Shown here: one piece after another, positions 11,290 to 23,055 of the stretch | Layout of the letters: each line of letters opens with the position of its first letter | Numbering within the stretch: the stretch's first letter is position 1 | Origin: Lama guanicoe | Lineage: Eukaryota | Reading direction: 5' to 3' | DNA length: 64,000 nucleotides | Assembly (NCBI GenBank): GCA_013239625.1 | Contig: MU054187.1 | Location: 17,972,711 to 18,036,710 of the forward strand | Made by a program: the position numbers and the translations under genes | Notes under the pieces: model-generated | The model's database searches: none | The model's input: the letters and a program-made list of their open reading frames with translations, nothing else | Told to the model about the DNA's origin: nothing

Positions 11290-11620
11290 CAACAGAATTT
11301 ATAGCTAAAGAGCAGGGTGTGGTGGGGGTGTGTGTCAGTGAATAGAAAAATCATTAGAAACATCAGGAATTGGGGGATTCTGGCTAAAGTGACCTAATAG
11401 GATTCTTGCTGAAGACACTCCAGAGTGATAAGACATCAGCTAGGAGATGATAGAGGATGAAGAATTTGATCACAAGGGCAATCAGATATTGAGGAAGGGT
11501 GTTCTTGCTAAACTTGCTTGCAGAGTTCTCATTAAAACTGGATTTTATAAGAAAGTGCCCAGATTGGCCTGAGAGACGCTCATGAGTCTGACTAAAGTTT
11601 GATCAAGCAAAGAATCTTTA
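11290..11620 (-). mobile_element. ERV1 LTR (MER31-like)
   Basis: 'ggattcttgctgaa', 'gttcttgctaaact' and terminal 'tgactaaagtttgatcaagcaaagaatcttt' match the reverse complement of the MER31 start. Confidence 0.75.
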
Positions 11621-12884
11621 AGTCTTTGCTGCCCATGTTTCTTCTGCATCTTATTCATAATGTTTTTGGGTTTTGATGTATCTTGCGTGTAGGTCTATTC
11701 TGTCGGTTTTGTGTCTTTGGAATTTTCTCTCTCCACATTCTTTGAGAACTCTGTTGCAATTCTGACATTCATGGTTGTTCAAGTTGAGTTTTTGTGTAAA
11801 CCCAAGAAGTGCTTTTCACATAGTGATTACAGCATTCTCATAGAGCTATCTTAAAATAGGGTGTTCTTAAGGTGGTGGTAAAGTTTTTGAAGAAGAAAAC
11901 CTTTTCCTACATCGTACCAATCACATTTGGACTTGCAGCAGGACTGGAAGGTTTTGTGCTTGTTTCCACAGCATGCCTGAGAGCAGCAGTGAGCCATGTC
12001 ACTTTAAACCAATTCTGTGACTTTTTATTTTCTTTGTTGAAAACTAGGTAGTATGAACTATGCTGCAGACCTCTGAAAAGGTGCTTGTGCTTTCAGCATC
12101 TCACAAGAAAAATTTTCCCCTCTATATAATTACCAGGCTTGGAAATATGAATATTTCCTGTTAAGGATTCAGGTTGGTGGGGGATGGTGTACTTCCGGCT
12201 CATCTTTATACTGATTTGTTCTATCATTTTGGTGAGACCTCCGGTTTGACTTCCCATCTTGGGCTGGCCCTAGATTTTGTTTCCCATCTGATTATGTCAG
12301 TAATCTATGAAAAAGTTAAGAGCAAGTCACAGAGACATCACATTCCACAGGGTTAAAGACTGCTTCTGTGTTTGCTGGGTCTCCAAGACTCCTACTTTCT
12401 AGTTAGCCTACATATGCTTACATTTTTAAAAATTGTAGCCATCATTTGTAGTTGTTTTCAATGGAAAAGAAAGTCTCTGGGAAATGGAAACCAATAATTC
12501 ATTTATTTATAGAAAGGAAAATAACTGATATTTTTAGTGAAATAAATAGAAAGAAGGACTTCAAAAAAGATATTTTATTGCTAGGACTTAAGCTTCAACT
12601 AGTTGACATGAACTTTTTAGAATCACAGTCTGTTTTTTTAAAGGAGGACTTAATTTTTTGAGATAAAATTGGTCAAAAGCATTTATAAGGATTTATGCTA
12701 CACAGAGCAAGTGCTGAAATTCGTTAATTGCTTTTTCTCACCAAGATTACGCCATCCTCCAAGTGACTATCATATATTGAAGCAAAATGTAATGTTGTAA
12801 AATGAGTATGTAAGAAGAGGCGAAAGATGTCCCTTGAATATAGGAAACATTTCTTAATTATGTAGGAATTGCCTGATTGATTTA

Positions 12885-13060
12885 GAATGGAAGAATGATA
12901 GACTTCTGAGATCCAGAGGGGCCTTAGAGAAAGTCTGACCCCACTCTTTCATTGTACAGGAGAGTAAACTGAAAACCAAAGAAGTTGAACAAATTGCCCA
13001 AAGTTACACAACTCAAAGACAGAGCTAAAGCCTGAGCCCAGGTCTTCCACTTCTAAATTT
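12885..13060 (-). mobile_element. MIR/MIR3 fragment
   Basis: 'ccttagag...cattgtacaggagagtaaactgaaaaccaaaga...ttgcccaaagttacaca'. Confidence 0.75.
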
Positions 13061-13929
13061 GATCTTTGGGAGAATTCCTCGCCAGTTGTATCATCACGAC
13101 GTGCCAAGTTCTAGGTGACCTAGATGCTTGTCGAGAAAACTTTTTTACCAATGTCTTCCCTGGAGCTTTGGGGCATACATAAATGCCAGTTACCGTGATA
13201 GAGGAGCAAGCATAATTTTTTATTTTTAAAAGTTTGCTTTAAGGTCCCAAACCAGATATTTAGTAGGCAGTAGCCATGTCTTTAACAGACTACAACTGTA
13301 GTTCTGTTTTTCAAGTATGACTGTATTTTTCCAAAATTCACAAGGAAAGTTATGAACTAGAACACGAGAAGTGTTTTGGGGAGTAAACATGCAGAGATTT
13401 TGGAGTCATTACTATGTATTGGATTATTTATTCATTACAAGTCTGTTAACCAAAAGGCAGATCTGGAGGCAATATGATGACTAAGTCCATGGTGACCTAC
13501 GAGGAAAAACTTGGTACAGATCTGGTGCCATGAGAACCCTCTGGAGACAGAAGAGTCACTGAGGCAGTTCAGAGTTTCCAGAAGTCTGAATATATTAATG
13601 CATTCATTTATTTGGGACAGACTGTGGATCTACTCCCATTTGGCCTGCATTTTGTTTTTTTGTTTTTTCCAGTAATAATGACTTTTAACACTTTCTAAGG
13701 GATACTCGTGGACTACAGGCACCTGATATGGAGAACACATGCTAGTTGAGCAAGACCTTCAATTTCCACTTCTGATTGAGAATGAAGTTACCTATCCTAC
13801 ACATTTCCGGCCCCAGCAGAATGGCTGCCAAGCGTAGGGTTGCTTTCTCTGCGAAGACTTTACTGACTGGTTCACAGAACTGTTGATATTTCAAGAGCTT
13901 GAGCACGCTGTGCGACATTTAGGGTCAAC

Positions 13930-14150
13930 TCATTTTTACTGATCACCTACAAGTACTCTGCTGACTGCTTTCATATATTCTATCTCATTTAATTCTGAAA
14001 ACTTTAGGCACTGTCTCAATTTAACAATAAGGAAAACATAGAAATACTACCTTTTGTCAAATTCACAGAGCCAAGAAAGGGCAGAAACAGTATTTGAATC
14101 TGGGGCTCTCGTCCCAAGTTGTGTCTCTAATCATACGTCAAGCCACCTCT
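13930..14150 (-). mobile_element. MIR fragment
   Basis: 'tttactgatcacctac...tctcatttaattct...ggcagaaacagtatttgaatc'. Confidence 0.6.
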
Positions 14151-17069
14151 GAAAAAAGATACTCCAGTAAGACCAATTATTAGTTTTTGTGACATTTTAG
14201 TCTTATCTTTTGGAAATTTTGGAAACAAATTCTTATCACAATTACAGATGACAGGCAAGTTCATGTGACAATGCTAATGCCAAAGACCGACTACCCTGAC
14301 TGAATGGCAAAGAAATTAATTGAATGTTTGTGAAATGAACCAATATTTACTTATATTATTCTTTTATATGCCTCATATTGCTATTTCTCCCTCCCCTTTT
14401 CTAACAAAAATAGTATACAATTCATATTCCACACCAATGTGGAGTTTTACCCGAGAGTCTTTTATCACCCAAACTTTGACTCTTTTGTATATGAAAGGGA
14501 ATGAGGAATGCCTACGTCAAGGGACATACATAAACTAGGGTTGTCCTCGGGAAACCGGGAGGTTTGACCTGAGCAGTAAGGGATTTTGCCTTTCTCTGAT
14601 CTGGGTTAGAATTTCTGCTCTGTAACTCTGCATGGCTTTCTTATTTGACTTTTGCATTTTCATCCTCTCCACTGCAAAGGAAATCTCCTTAGGGGCAGAT
14701 ATTAGATCTTACAAATCTTAGTATTTATTTTTCAGTTCTTTGTACACATAGTTCATGGCACTTGTAAGGGTATAAATATACATTAGTTGATCAGGTTATC
14801 TAAAATGAGACTTTGCTATACATTGTGTATAAGCTAAATTTTTGAGGTAGAATATTGGCCAGATAATCAAGTAAAGAAATCAAGGTTAAAGTGTATCAGT
14901 GTATAAGGGGATAAACTATGAAACTGCAACAAACAACCTAGTGCAAGGAACACATTGTTCAAAGTAAATCTACTTTGAATTAATGTCATCTCACGATCAT
15001 GGGAGACCAAAAGGAAATTTCCAAAAATGAGAGACTTATGTTTTGATGTGACAAAATATGCAGGTTGGAGCTCTATCACATTTGCCCAAATGTATGAATC
15101 ATTTTGAAATAGTCCTAACAACTGTATTCAGAATATTAAAATGAGACATAAAATAATTGTTGCTTACCCAAGACTATTGAGCATAATGATTGCAAAATCA
15201 AAGGACGTTGTTTCCTGGTAGTCAGTACAGAATTAATCCTGAGAACTCACTCCTTTTCTCGTATGACGTTTTGACAAATGGGAAGTAAGTGAAAGGAGAG
15301 AAGAGAGAGGAGAAGCAAGTGTAAAGTATTTTTTTTTAATTGTTTTTGTTTTGGTTTGGTTTGGTTTTAACCATTGGAGATCCTGGAGCCTCAGAGCAAA
15401 ACTCATTGACTCTTTCACATTTTCTCCTTTTTATCATAATAAATTATAATTTCATATATGTGCATGATTTTTCAATCTGTTCCATAACTGCAGCATTTAC
15501 TTCAGCTGTGTCTTCTGAAAGTTAAAATATTTAAATGAAGTCAGAGTTTAAAAAGGCATATTTCATTCAATTCATTTTAAATTATTCCTTTGATTCTACA
15601 GATTGGATGTTGCTATTCAAAAGCAGAGAAAACCTTGGAAACTGAAGGGATATTCATTCAAGAGCAGACAGTAGCTAATTTACTTTATCTCCCAAGTGAT
15701 GTGGCTATTTCCAAGTAACTGTTTGAAAAAGGGAGAAAAATCTTTAGTCAATTACTTTTCTTCTTTAGAAATGCAATAAACCAAAAACTCAGTTTTTTTA
15801 TTTGTTTCTGAAAGATTTATTGTTAGTTGAGTTGTGTGATCAGTTAGTCATAGTGCAGCAAAAGTTTTAAATTCTTACTCATACATTTTGCTTCTCAGGA
15901 ATGACAAATTTCTTCTCTTATGGAAGCTTTTCCATGGGTGACAGTCTAATCTGTGACAAATCTGTGACAGAACAATCTAAAAATAGCGTTTACTAAGCTG
16001 GTGCTTGCACTTGAGAGTTTAAAAAGTTATACAATTGGATATTTCAAAATTTTATTGCAATGTCAACAACTCCCTGGACCCATCTCATTTATTTGTTTGT
16101 TTGTTTGTTTATATCTTTAAGGATAGCTCAGCATGTGGCACATAGTAAATGTCTAATCTGTCCTTGATAGTGGAGACTTTTTCAAAATACTCAGTTTTAT
16201 ATCATGAATATTAGACCTTAAGGAAATAACTTCTGGAATATTGGATTATCAGCTGAAGACATAAAGTAGGGCAATTACTTTCCCAAGGATTCTGATTAAC
16301 ATAGAAATTGTACATAAAGTGAATCCAACATCTTCCACTGAAGAAACAAATAGGAAAATTAATATGAATATTAAATAAAATGTTTCTTTCTAATTTAAAT
16401 AAAAGAATCTTTGCCAAATGGAGGGCAGGAATGAGATGGAGATGGGAGGAGTAGGCTGTTTTCTGAATGAAGATAATCTATACTGAAGTAATTTTTTCTG
16501 GTGCTTTTAAAGTTGTGAGTAAGAAGCTCTGAATGCAGATACACACACACACATACATACATATATTATATATATTAGAAGTTGCTTTTATTAGCTTAAA
16601 GAAACAAATTAGTTTGTATACATTAAGAATTGACAACAAAATGATAAATTAATAAAAGGTTTTGTGTTCAAATAAAGTTTGGGACCTTTGACAAATAAAA
16701 ATATTTAAACTTATTTTAAAGCTACAAATTGCTCCTATGTGCTTATTTTCTAGAGGATTCCCCCCCAAGACAATTACTAGTTGTTAAAATTGTTTTGTTC
16801 TTTTAGTCAAGAATTAAGTAATTGATATTCAATCCAAGTAAGAAAAATGCTCCAGTAGATTTAACTTAGTTAAATATATTATTTTATATACTTCTCTTCA
16901 TTTTTTAATCTTAGGGCCTGATTACCTAAATTGTATTTTCAAGTTTTAAAGAGTGAATAAACCTCTCTTAAAAGGCACATTTGCAAATTTTAAAAACTTG
17001 AAGCAAATACAACATTTAACATTCTAATCATTATGAGGACTGCCTTTCTGGGTTTCCCCTGCCCTCAGG

Positions 17070-18405
17070 AAAAAGTATACCATTATAGAAAATCATCAAA
17101 CCACAAAGGAAGAGAGCAAGAGAGGGAGAAAGAAACAAAGGAATTACAAAGCAACCAGAAAGCAATTAAAGATGGGAATAGTAAGTCCATACCTATAAAT
17201 AATAGCTTGAAATGTAAATGACCTAAATTGTGTAGTCAAAAGATGTAGTGTCCAAATGGATTAAAAAAAAAAAAAGGAAACTAATAAAACATAAGAGAAA
17301 ACATTTACGACTTTGGGTTAGGCAGAGATTTCTTAGCTTTGACATCAAAAAATATGAATCATAAAAGAAAAAAATGATGAATAGCATTTCATCAAAATTA
17401 AGAACTTGTTTTTCAAAAGACACTGCTAAGAGAATAAAATACGAAGCATAAACTGGGAGAACAGGTTTGTAAATCACATATCTAAGAAAGAAATTGTAGC
17501 ATATATAAAAAACTCTGAAAACTCAGTAAGACAACAAAAACCTAATACAAAATGGATAAAAGATTTAAAGAGACACTTTCTCAGAGAAGGTATGTGAATG
17601 TCAAATAAACGCATAAAAAACATTCAACATCATTAGTCATTGGGGAAGTGAAAAATAAAACCACAATGAAGTATGACTACTTACCGATGAAAAATTTTTT
17701 AATTAAAAAGACTGACCATACTGAGTGCAGAACAGGAAGTGGAGGAACTGTCATAGACTGGGAATGTAAAATGACACAGCAATCTTAGGGAACACTTTGG
17801 TAGACTCATAATTTTAATTACACACTTACTGTAAGACTCAGCCTTCTCATGCCTAGGTATTTATACAAGTGAAATGAAATTCTGCGCTCTCACAAAAATC
17901 AGTGCACAAATATTTGTAGTGGCTTTATTCATAATTGCTACAACTGGGTACCACCCAAATGTCCTTCATTGGGAGAATGGAGAAACAAATCTGTCACATC
18001 CACACAAAGGAATAAAATTACTACTCAGTGATGTATGAACTACTGATACACACGACAACATGGATGATTCTTAAATGCATAATACTGAGTAAAAGGACCC
18101 AGAATCAAAAGGCTACATATTGTGATTCCATTCTCATGATAGTCTTGAAAAGGCAAAGGTGTAGGGAGATAAAATAGGTCAGTGGTTGCAAGGAACTGGG
18201 GGCTAGTGGAGGGGCTGACTACAAGGATCATTGGGTAATTTTTTGAAGTGAAGAACTATTCTGTATTTTGATTGTGGTGATGGTTACAGGATGGTATGTG
18301 TGTCAAAACCTGCAGAGTTATATTTTACTAAAAAGGGTAAAGTTTACTTTATGTAAATTATACCTTAATATTTTATGGGTGAAAATAAAAAAACAAACTA
18401 AAAAA
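17070..18405 (+). mobile_element. L1M (L1MC/ME-like): ORF2 start fragment joined through an A-run to ORF2 end and 3' UTR
   Basis: 17070-17280 has the ORF2 start motif 'gtaagtccatacctataaataat...aatgtaaatg'. 17290-18405 is ORF2 C-terminal and 3' UTR sequence ending 'tatgtaaattataccttaata'. Confidence 0.8.
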
Positions 18406-21400
18406 TCGGCATATGATGGCAAATTGCTTCCCTGATGAATGTAATTCTGAATACATACGAAAATTACCCCTCATTGATTCTGCTTTTGTTGGATTCCAAC
18501 TCAGCACTCCGTAATGCTCTGGATAATGGTTCCGCCCAGTGCTGACTCATTTGTACTTGAGCATCTAATTCCTCCATCCTGGGCCTGACTTGAGACACTT
18601 TGAGGATAAACTGAAGGGCATGTGATATTAACCTAGAGAAGTCCTAAGGCCAGTGCAAAGAAAAACAATGTTCCATCACTGCGGGACTGATTTAGGTCAT
18701 ACACAAGGAAAATCTTCCCCACAGGTCTGTTCTAGGAGACTCTAAAATCATTGCAGAGGAAAGTATAAGCACTTTCTCAGAACTCAAACGAAAGAGTACG
18801 GGCATCCGGCTCACACGAATCCTTGCATACATCACGTACTCATGAACATCTCCTGGGCACCAGGATCAGGCAGGGCCCCGGGAACACTGATACAAAAGCT
18901 AAGTGATGTTCTATCCTCCATAAAAGAAGGAAAAATGGGGTATACAGCCGTGAAAATAAATGCACATGCAGGTAACTCAAATTATTGCTTTTGCAAGTGG
19001 CAGGCTGACACAGTCGTTTGCAGAGATTTCTCTCTCCCAGCAGAATCAAATGCTGTAAGTACTTTTAGATAAGTATACATTCAGGAAGGAAAGGGACTCA
19101 GGTTGGCGGGATGAGAAGTATTCTAAGAGCCAGGCTGGCACACTGATTACATGTGGAAATATGTATTCTTTTCTTAAGACCAGCTATTTCTTTTAACTGT
19201 TTCTCTAATTAAGAGATTAATACAATCCAGCTGACGGCTACACTACACTGTCTACTTTTCTATAAATTATGTATAGAAAAAGTCACACACTGACAAACAT
19301 AAGATTTTGAGATTAAAATGTTCTGTGATAGGCGATGTTTCACGCAAAGTTAGTTTATTTAATGCATTCTCTTGGAACCTTTTTAACGTCCTGTTGAAAT
19401 TACACTTTGCATAAACATAAATCATTCAGTTAAGTCAATTAATGTGGAGTATAGAGCAAACGAGAGTCCTAAACTGCTGTTTATGGGCACGCTTTTCTGT
19501 GTTTATGGCTGTAATTCTCACAAAGTACAAGCCTGTAGAGCCATCACTTCAGGAGTCTGGAAGTGTTCTGGCATCTGCTGTGAAGAAAGCAGCATCTATC
19601 CATGTTTACAGCAAAGGTGTGAGCTGAATTCTAACACAATGCAACCCAATCTAGTCTCTTTCAACACATACGTCATGGGACACCGTTCCAATTCTCATCT
19701 AACTTTCATCCTGCAAGCACGCAGGCTCATGCTGATGCCTCAGAGGCACAGACTGACTTATCGAGCAACGTTAATGTCCTACATACGTACTTATTAAATA
19801 GTTATAGAACTCCAGGTTCATGGAAGGCTAAGGTAGACAACGTGGGGAAAGGAGGAAGGGAATTGCCATGTGCTGGGCACGATTCTAAGAAGGTGCTTCG
19901 TGTATCATTCACATTAATTATCACAACAAACCATAGAAAAAGCTATAATATCATAGTAGATACACTATCCTCATGTCATATGTGCGCAATCTGAGTTATC
20001 TGCAGCCTCTGTGGTATTCACTGAAGGACAGCTACAAGAACCAGGAAGCTCTTCTCCCCAATGTCTCTCTAACCCTAACCCATCCTTCCAGCTACTCCCC
20101 TAAAGTTTCTGAGATTCAGTGACTGGCTCCATTGGGTTCAGGCAGTGTTCTGCTGTGTTGCCCACTCAGGACATTAGCGTGATCTAGGATGCTTGTGAAA
20201 GATGCAAATTCCTGTGCTCCACTTACGTTTGTAAATTGCTAGGATTTGGGATTTGGGAATGAGAAACTGGATTCCTCATAATCATAAATTATTCTATGTT
20301 TTTCATAACACCTTGTTCATGTATTTTTAGATAATAATGAGTGACCATAACAATATACAATGCATCATTTTGCTGTGATATGATTATCCTAAACATTTCA
20401 GTGGTTTTCTGTGAAAAAGAGATAACAATAAATACATGGCCACTAATTATTCTTAACAAACATATTGTGTTGAGATTACATATTTCAGTAACTCACAAAA
20501 ATGTTCTGCACTTGATACAGATTTTGGGAATAGAAAATATTAAAATATGGGAACACTGACATGAAATAAACATTATACAGATGCCATTAAAAATGGAACG
20601 ATTATACCACAAATATTAAATGTTTAAAACTGTCATTTTAAGATGTAGTTTTAAAACATGTGACGTATTAACTGTCCCTTCTGATAGTCTTTATTTTTGT
20701 TTCTTGACAGATATTCTGAATGTAGAAAAGTTTCTTTCGTTTTGGTTGAATTATTAAGAAGGCATCCAAAAGCTGCTTCAAGTTGGGAAATAAGGTCCAT
20801 ATACCTGAAATAGGCGACTTTCCTCTTACCAGGAAGATACTTCATCTGTTTGCCCTGATTTACTTGTCTGTTTCTGACTGAAATCTTTATTACTTTCATT
20901 AATCTATATTCACCTAGAACAAATATTCAAATACTGAAACTGCCAGGTAATATTGTTGAGTGATACTCAAAGGACAAAATATCTGCATCTCCTAGTAAGA
21001 TTAATAGCAATATAGTGAATCACACTCAGAACATCAGAAATGACTAATTTTGTTTCCAAAGCTTGTTATTTTTTGAGATACTACTCACAGAATATATACT
21101 AAGTACCTTGTGCATAAACCCATTCATATTTATTTTAATTGCAAGAATGACTCGCTCTCAGCAGTAGACAGGACCATGAATGCACACTGAAAATACAGCA
21201 ACAGTTCTTAGCAAGACTGGCTGATGAGATCTTGACCACTGAGTTGTTTCTCTTCCTCCTCCTGTCCTGGTTCCCAGAATGATTGACCTTGACTTTCAGC
21301 TCTAAATGTCAGTGTTTCCTACTGTCCTTGACTTGAGTCTTTGAACTGGGATAGATTTTATTCCCATGGTTAACCTTTAATCTTTAGAGGAGAATTAAAA

Positions 21401-21499
21401 TACTTTTTCTCCTGTGTTCTTGTCTTTTTGAATGATTTTTCACTGTATTGGGGAAAACATACACACTTCCTGAGAAACATCAAGAAGAAATTCCCACAT

Positions 21500-21622
21500 G
21501 GAAACACTGTACCTCACATCCGAGATTGCAATGGACTGAGTCTGGGGCAGTACCTGATAGTCTGCCTTTTTAACAAGCATCCCAGGGAATTCTTAGGGTC
21601 ACCAAAGTTTAAGAAAACTGGA
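21500..21622. mobile_element. MER5A-like fragment
   Basis: 'gagtctggggcagtacctg...tttttaacaagcatcccagggaattctta...caaagtttaagaaaactg'. Confidence 0.65.
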
Positions 21623-21709
21623 TTGGCTTTTACAGGTATTTTTTCATTATCTCTAGGTAGGGTAGTACAATAAATTATTTTCAATTGCTATCACCTCATA
21701 AAGACTATA

Positions 21710-21948
21710 TAGTTGACCCTTGAACAAAGAGGTGATTGAGGGGTACCAAATCCCCACCCCACACTCCACAGTTGAAAAATCTGTGTATGAATTTACAGTG
21801 GGCCCTTTATAGCCAAGGTTCTGTACTCAAAGATTCAACCAACTGTGGATTCACCCAACCATGGATTCAACCATTGGTGGACTGTGTAGTACCGTAGTCC
21901 ATATTTATTAAAAACAAATCCAAACTTGCATTGTTCATGGGTCAACTG
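21710..21948. mobile_element. Complete Tigger2-family MITE (MER8/Tigger2a-like)
   Basis: TIRs tagttgacccttgaacaa / ttgttcatgggtcaactg, flanked by TA at 21708-21709 and 21949-21950. Internal triplicated 'gattcaacc' motif. Confidence 0.9.
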
Positions 21949-22679
21949 TATTACATAATAGCTCTAACTTAGGGCAGAAAGCTGAAGGATTCTGAAGGAA
22001 CTGGATTTCTAAAGGAGGTCTTGGAGGAGAAAGGGTTAATTATGAGACCAGATCTAGATAAGAATTTCCTTGTGGGTGCTCTGGCCACCTACAAAGAGAA
22101 CAAAGCACAATCAATAAGAGGGAAGAAGTAGAGGGGAAGTTCATGTGAAGGAGAAGGAAACAGTGAATTGCAGATTGACTTAAGGGACCTCAACATTTGC
22201 CGAGGATTTTTTGACTAAAACTGGGAGTTTGGAGAAGGAAAGAAGTTGAGGGTCTCAGACTGTAAGTGCTGATATGTGAGGGCAGCAAGGAGCTGCCCAT
22301 GGGAGGGAGCTTTAGCAGTCTGGGTGAGCAGATGTTTGGTCCATGGGGAAGAACACCATCCTGTGATCATCACTCTGGAAGTCAGGATTCAGAGGGAGCT
22401 CCATCGAAGAGGTGGCCACCTAAAGGTAAGCAAGGTAAGCTTTATCGGTGAAACGGTACTGGAGAATCTGGAGAAAACTGATAGATTAGCCAAATTCAGT
22501 CAGAACAGCATGATGGTTTGGATCCCAAAGCTCCTTTTGGAAGATGTTTTGAATCCTCTTTTTCTGCTGCAAATGCACCTGTGTACAGGTGTTCCCCATA
22601 ATACCAGGAACTAACTTATTATGAACAAAGGCTAAACATGACAGAATGAATTCTGTTCTGAAAGAGCTGGAAATTTAAC

Positions 22680-22846
22680 CTTGATGTTCAAAGTGTGGCC
22701 CATGGCTGAGGAGTATCAGCATCACCTGGAAGCTTGTCATTGCAGGCAGAATCTCAGGTCCCATCCCAGACCTGCCAGATCCGAATCTGCATTTTAACAA
22801 GACACCCAAGTGATCACATGCTCATTAAATTTGGGGAAACATTGGA
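22680..22846 (+). mobile_element. MER5A/MER5A1 hAT MITE
   Basis: 'tcaaagtgtggccc...atcagcatcacctggaagcttgt...gcagaatctcaggtcccatcccagacct...gaatctgcattttaacaag'. Confidence 0.85.
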
Positions 22847-22856
22847 ATAGGCAGGG

Positions 22857-23055
22857 CAGGAGTTCTCAACTGTAGCCTGCCTCAAAATCTGCTGAGGGGT
22901 GAATTAAAGCACAGTTTGCTGGGCCTGGGCCCCATTTCTAGAGTTTCTGATCCAATCAGTCTAGAGTGGGGCCCAAGAATTTGCATTTCTAACAGGCTCT
23001 CTAGAAGTGGACACTGATGCAGCTGGTCCAGGTGCCAAATTTTAGGAATCGCTAG
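22857..23055 (-). mobile_element. MER5A hAT MITE in the opposite orientation to its neighbour
   Basis: 'gttctcaac...agagtttctgatccaatcagtctagagtggggcccaagaatttgcatttctaacag...ctgatgcagctggtcc'. Confidence 0.85.

Larger units (their letters stand above)
9180..11290 (-). mobile_element. Ancient L1ME-like element interrupted by Tigger1
   Basis: Antisense L1 motifs at 9180-9428 and 10572-11290, e.g. 'gagtggaaatgctggatc', 'gttttaatttgcatttcc' and 'ttttgcccattttt'. Confidence 0.65.

Noticed and set aside
13474..13562. Possible box C/D snoRNA (ATGATGA...CTGA, 89 nt)
   Set aside because: No terminal stem and no recognisable rRNA or snRNA guide sequence. Likely chance.
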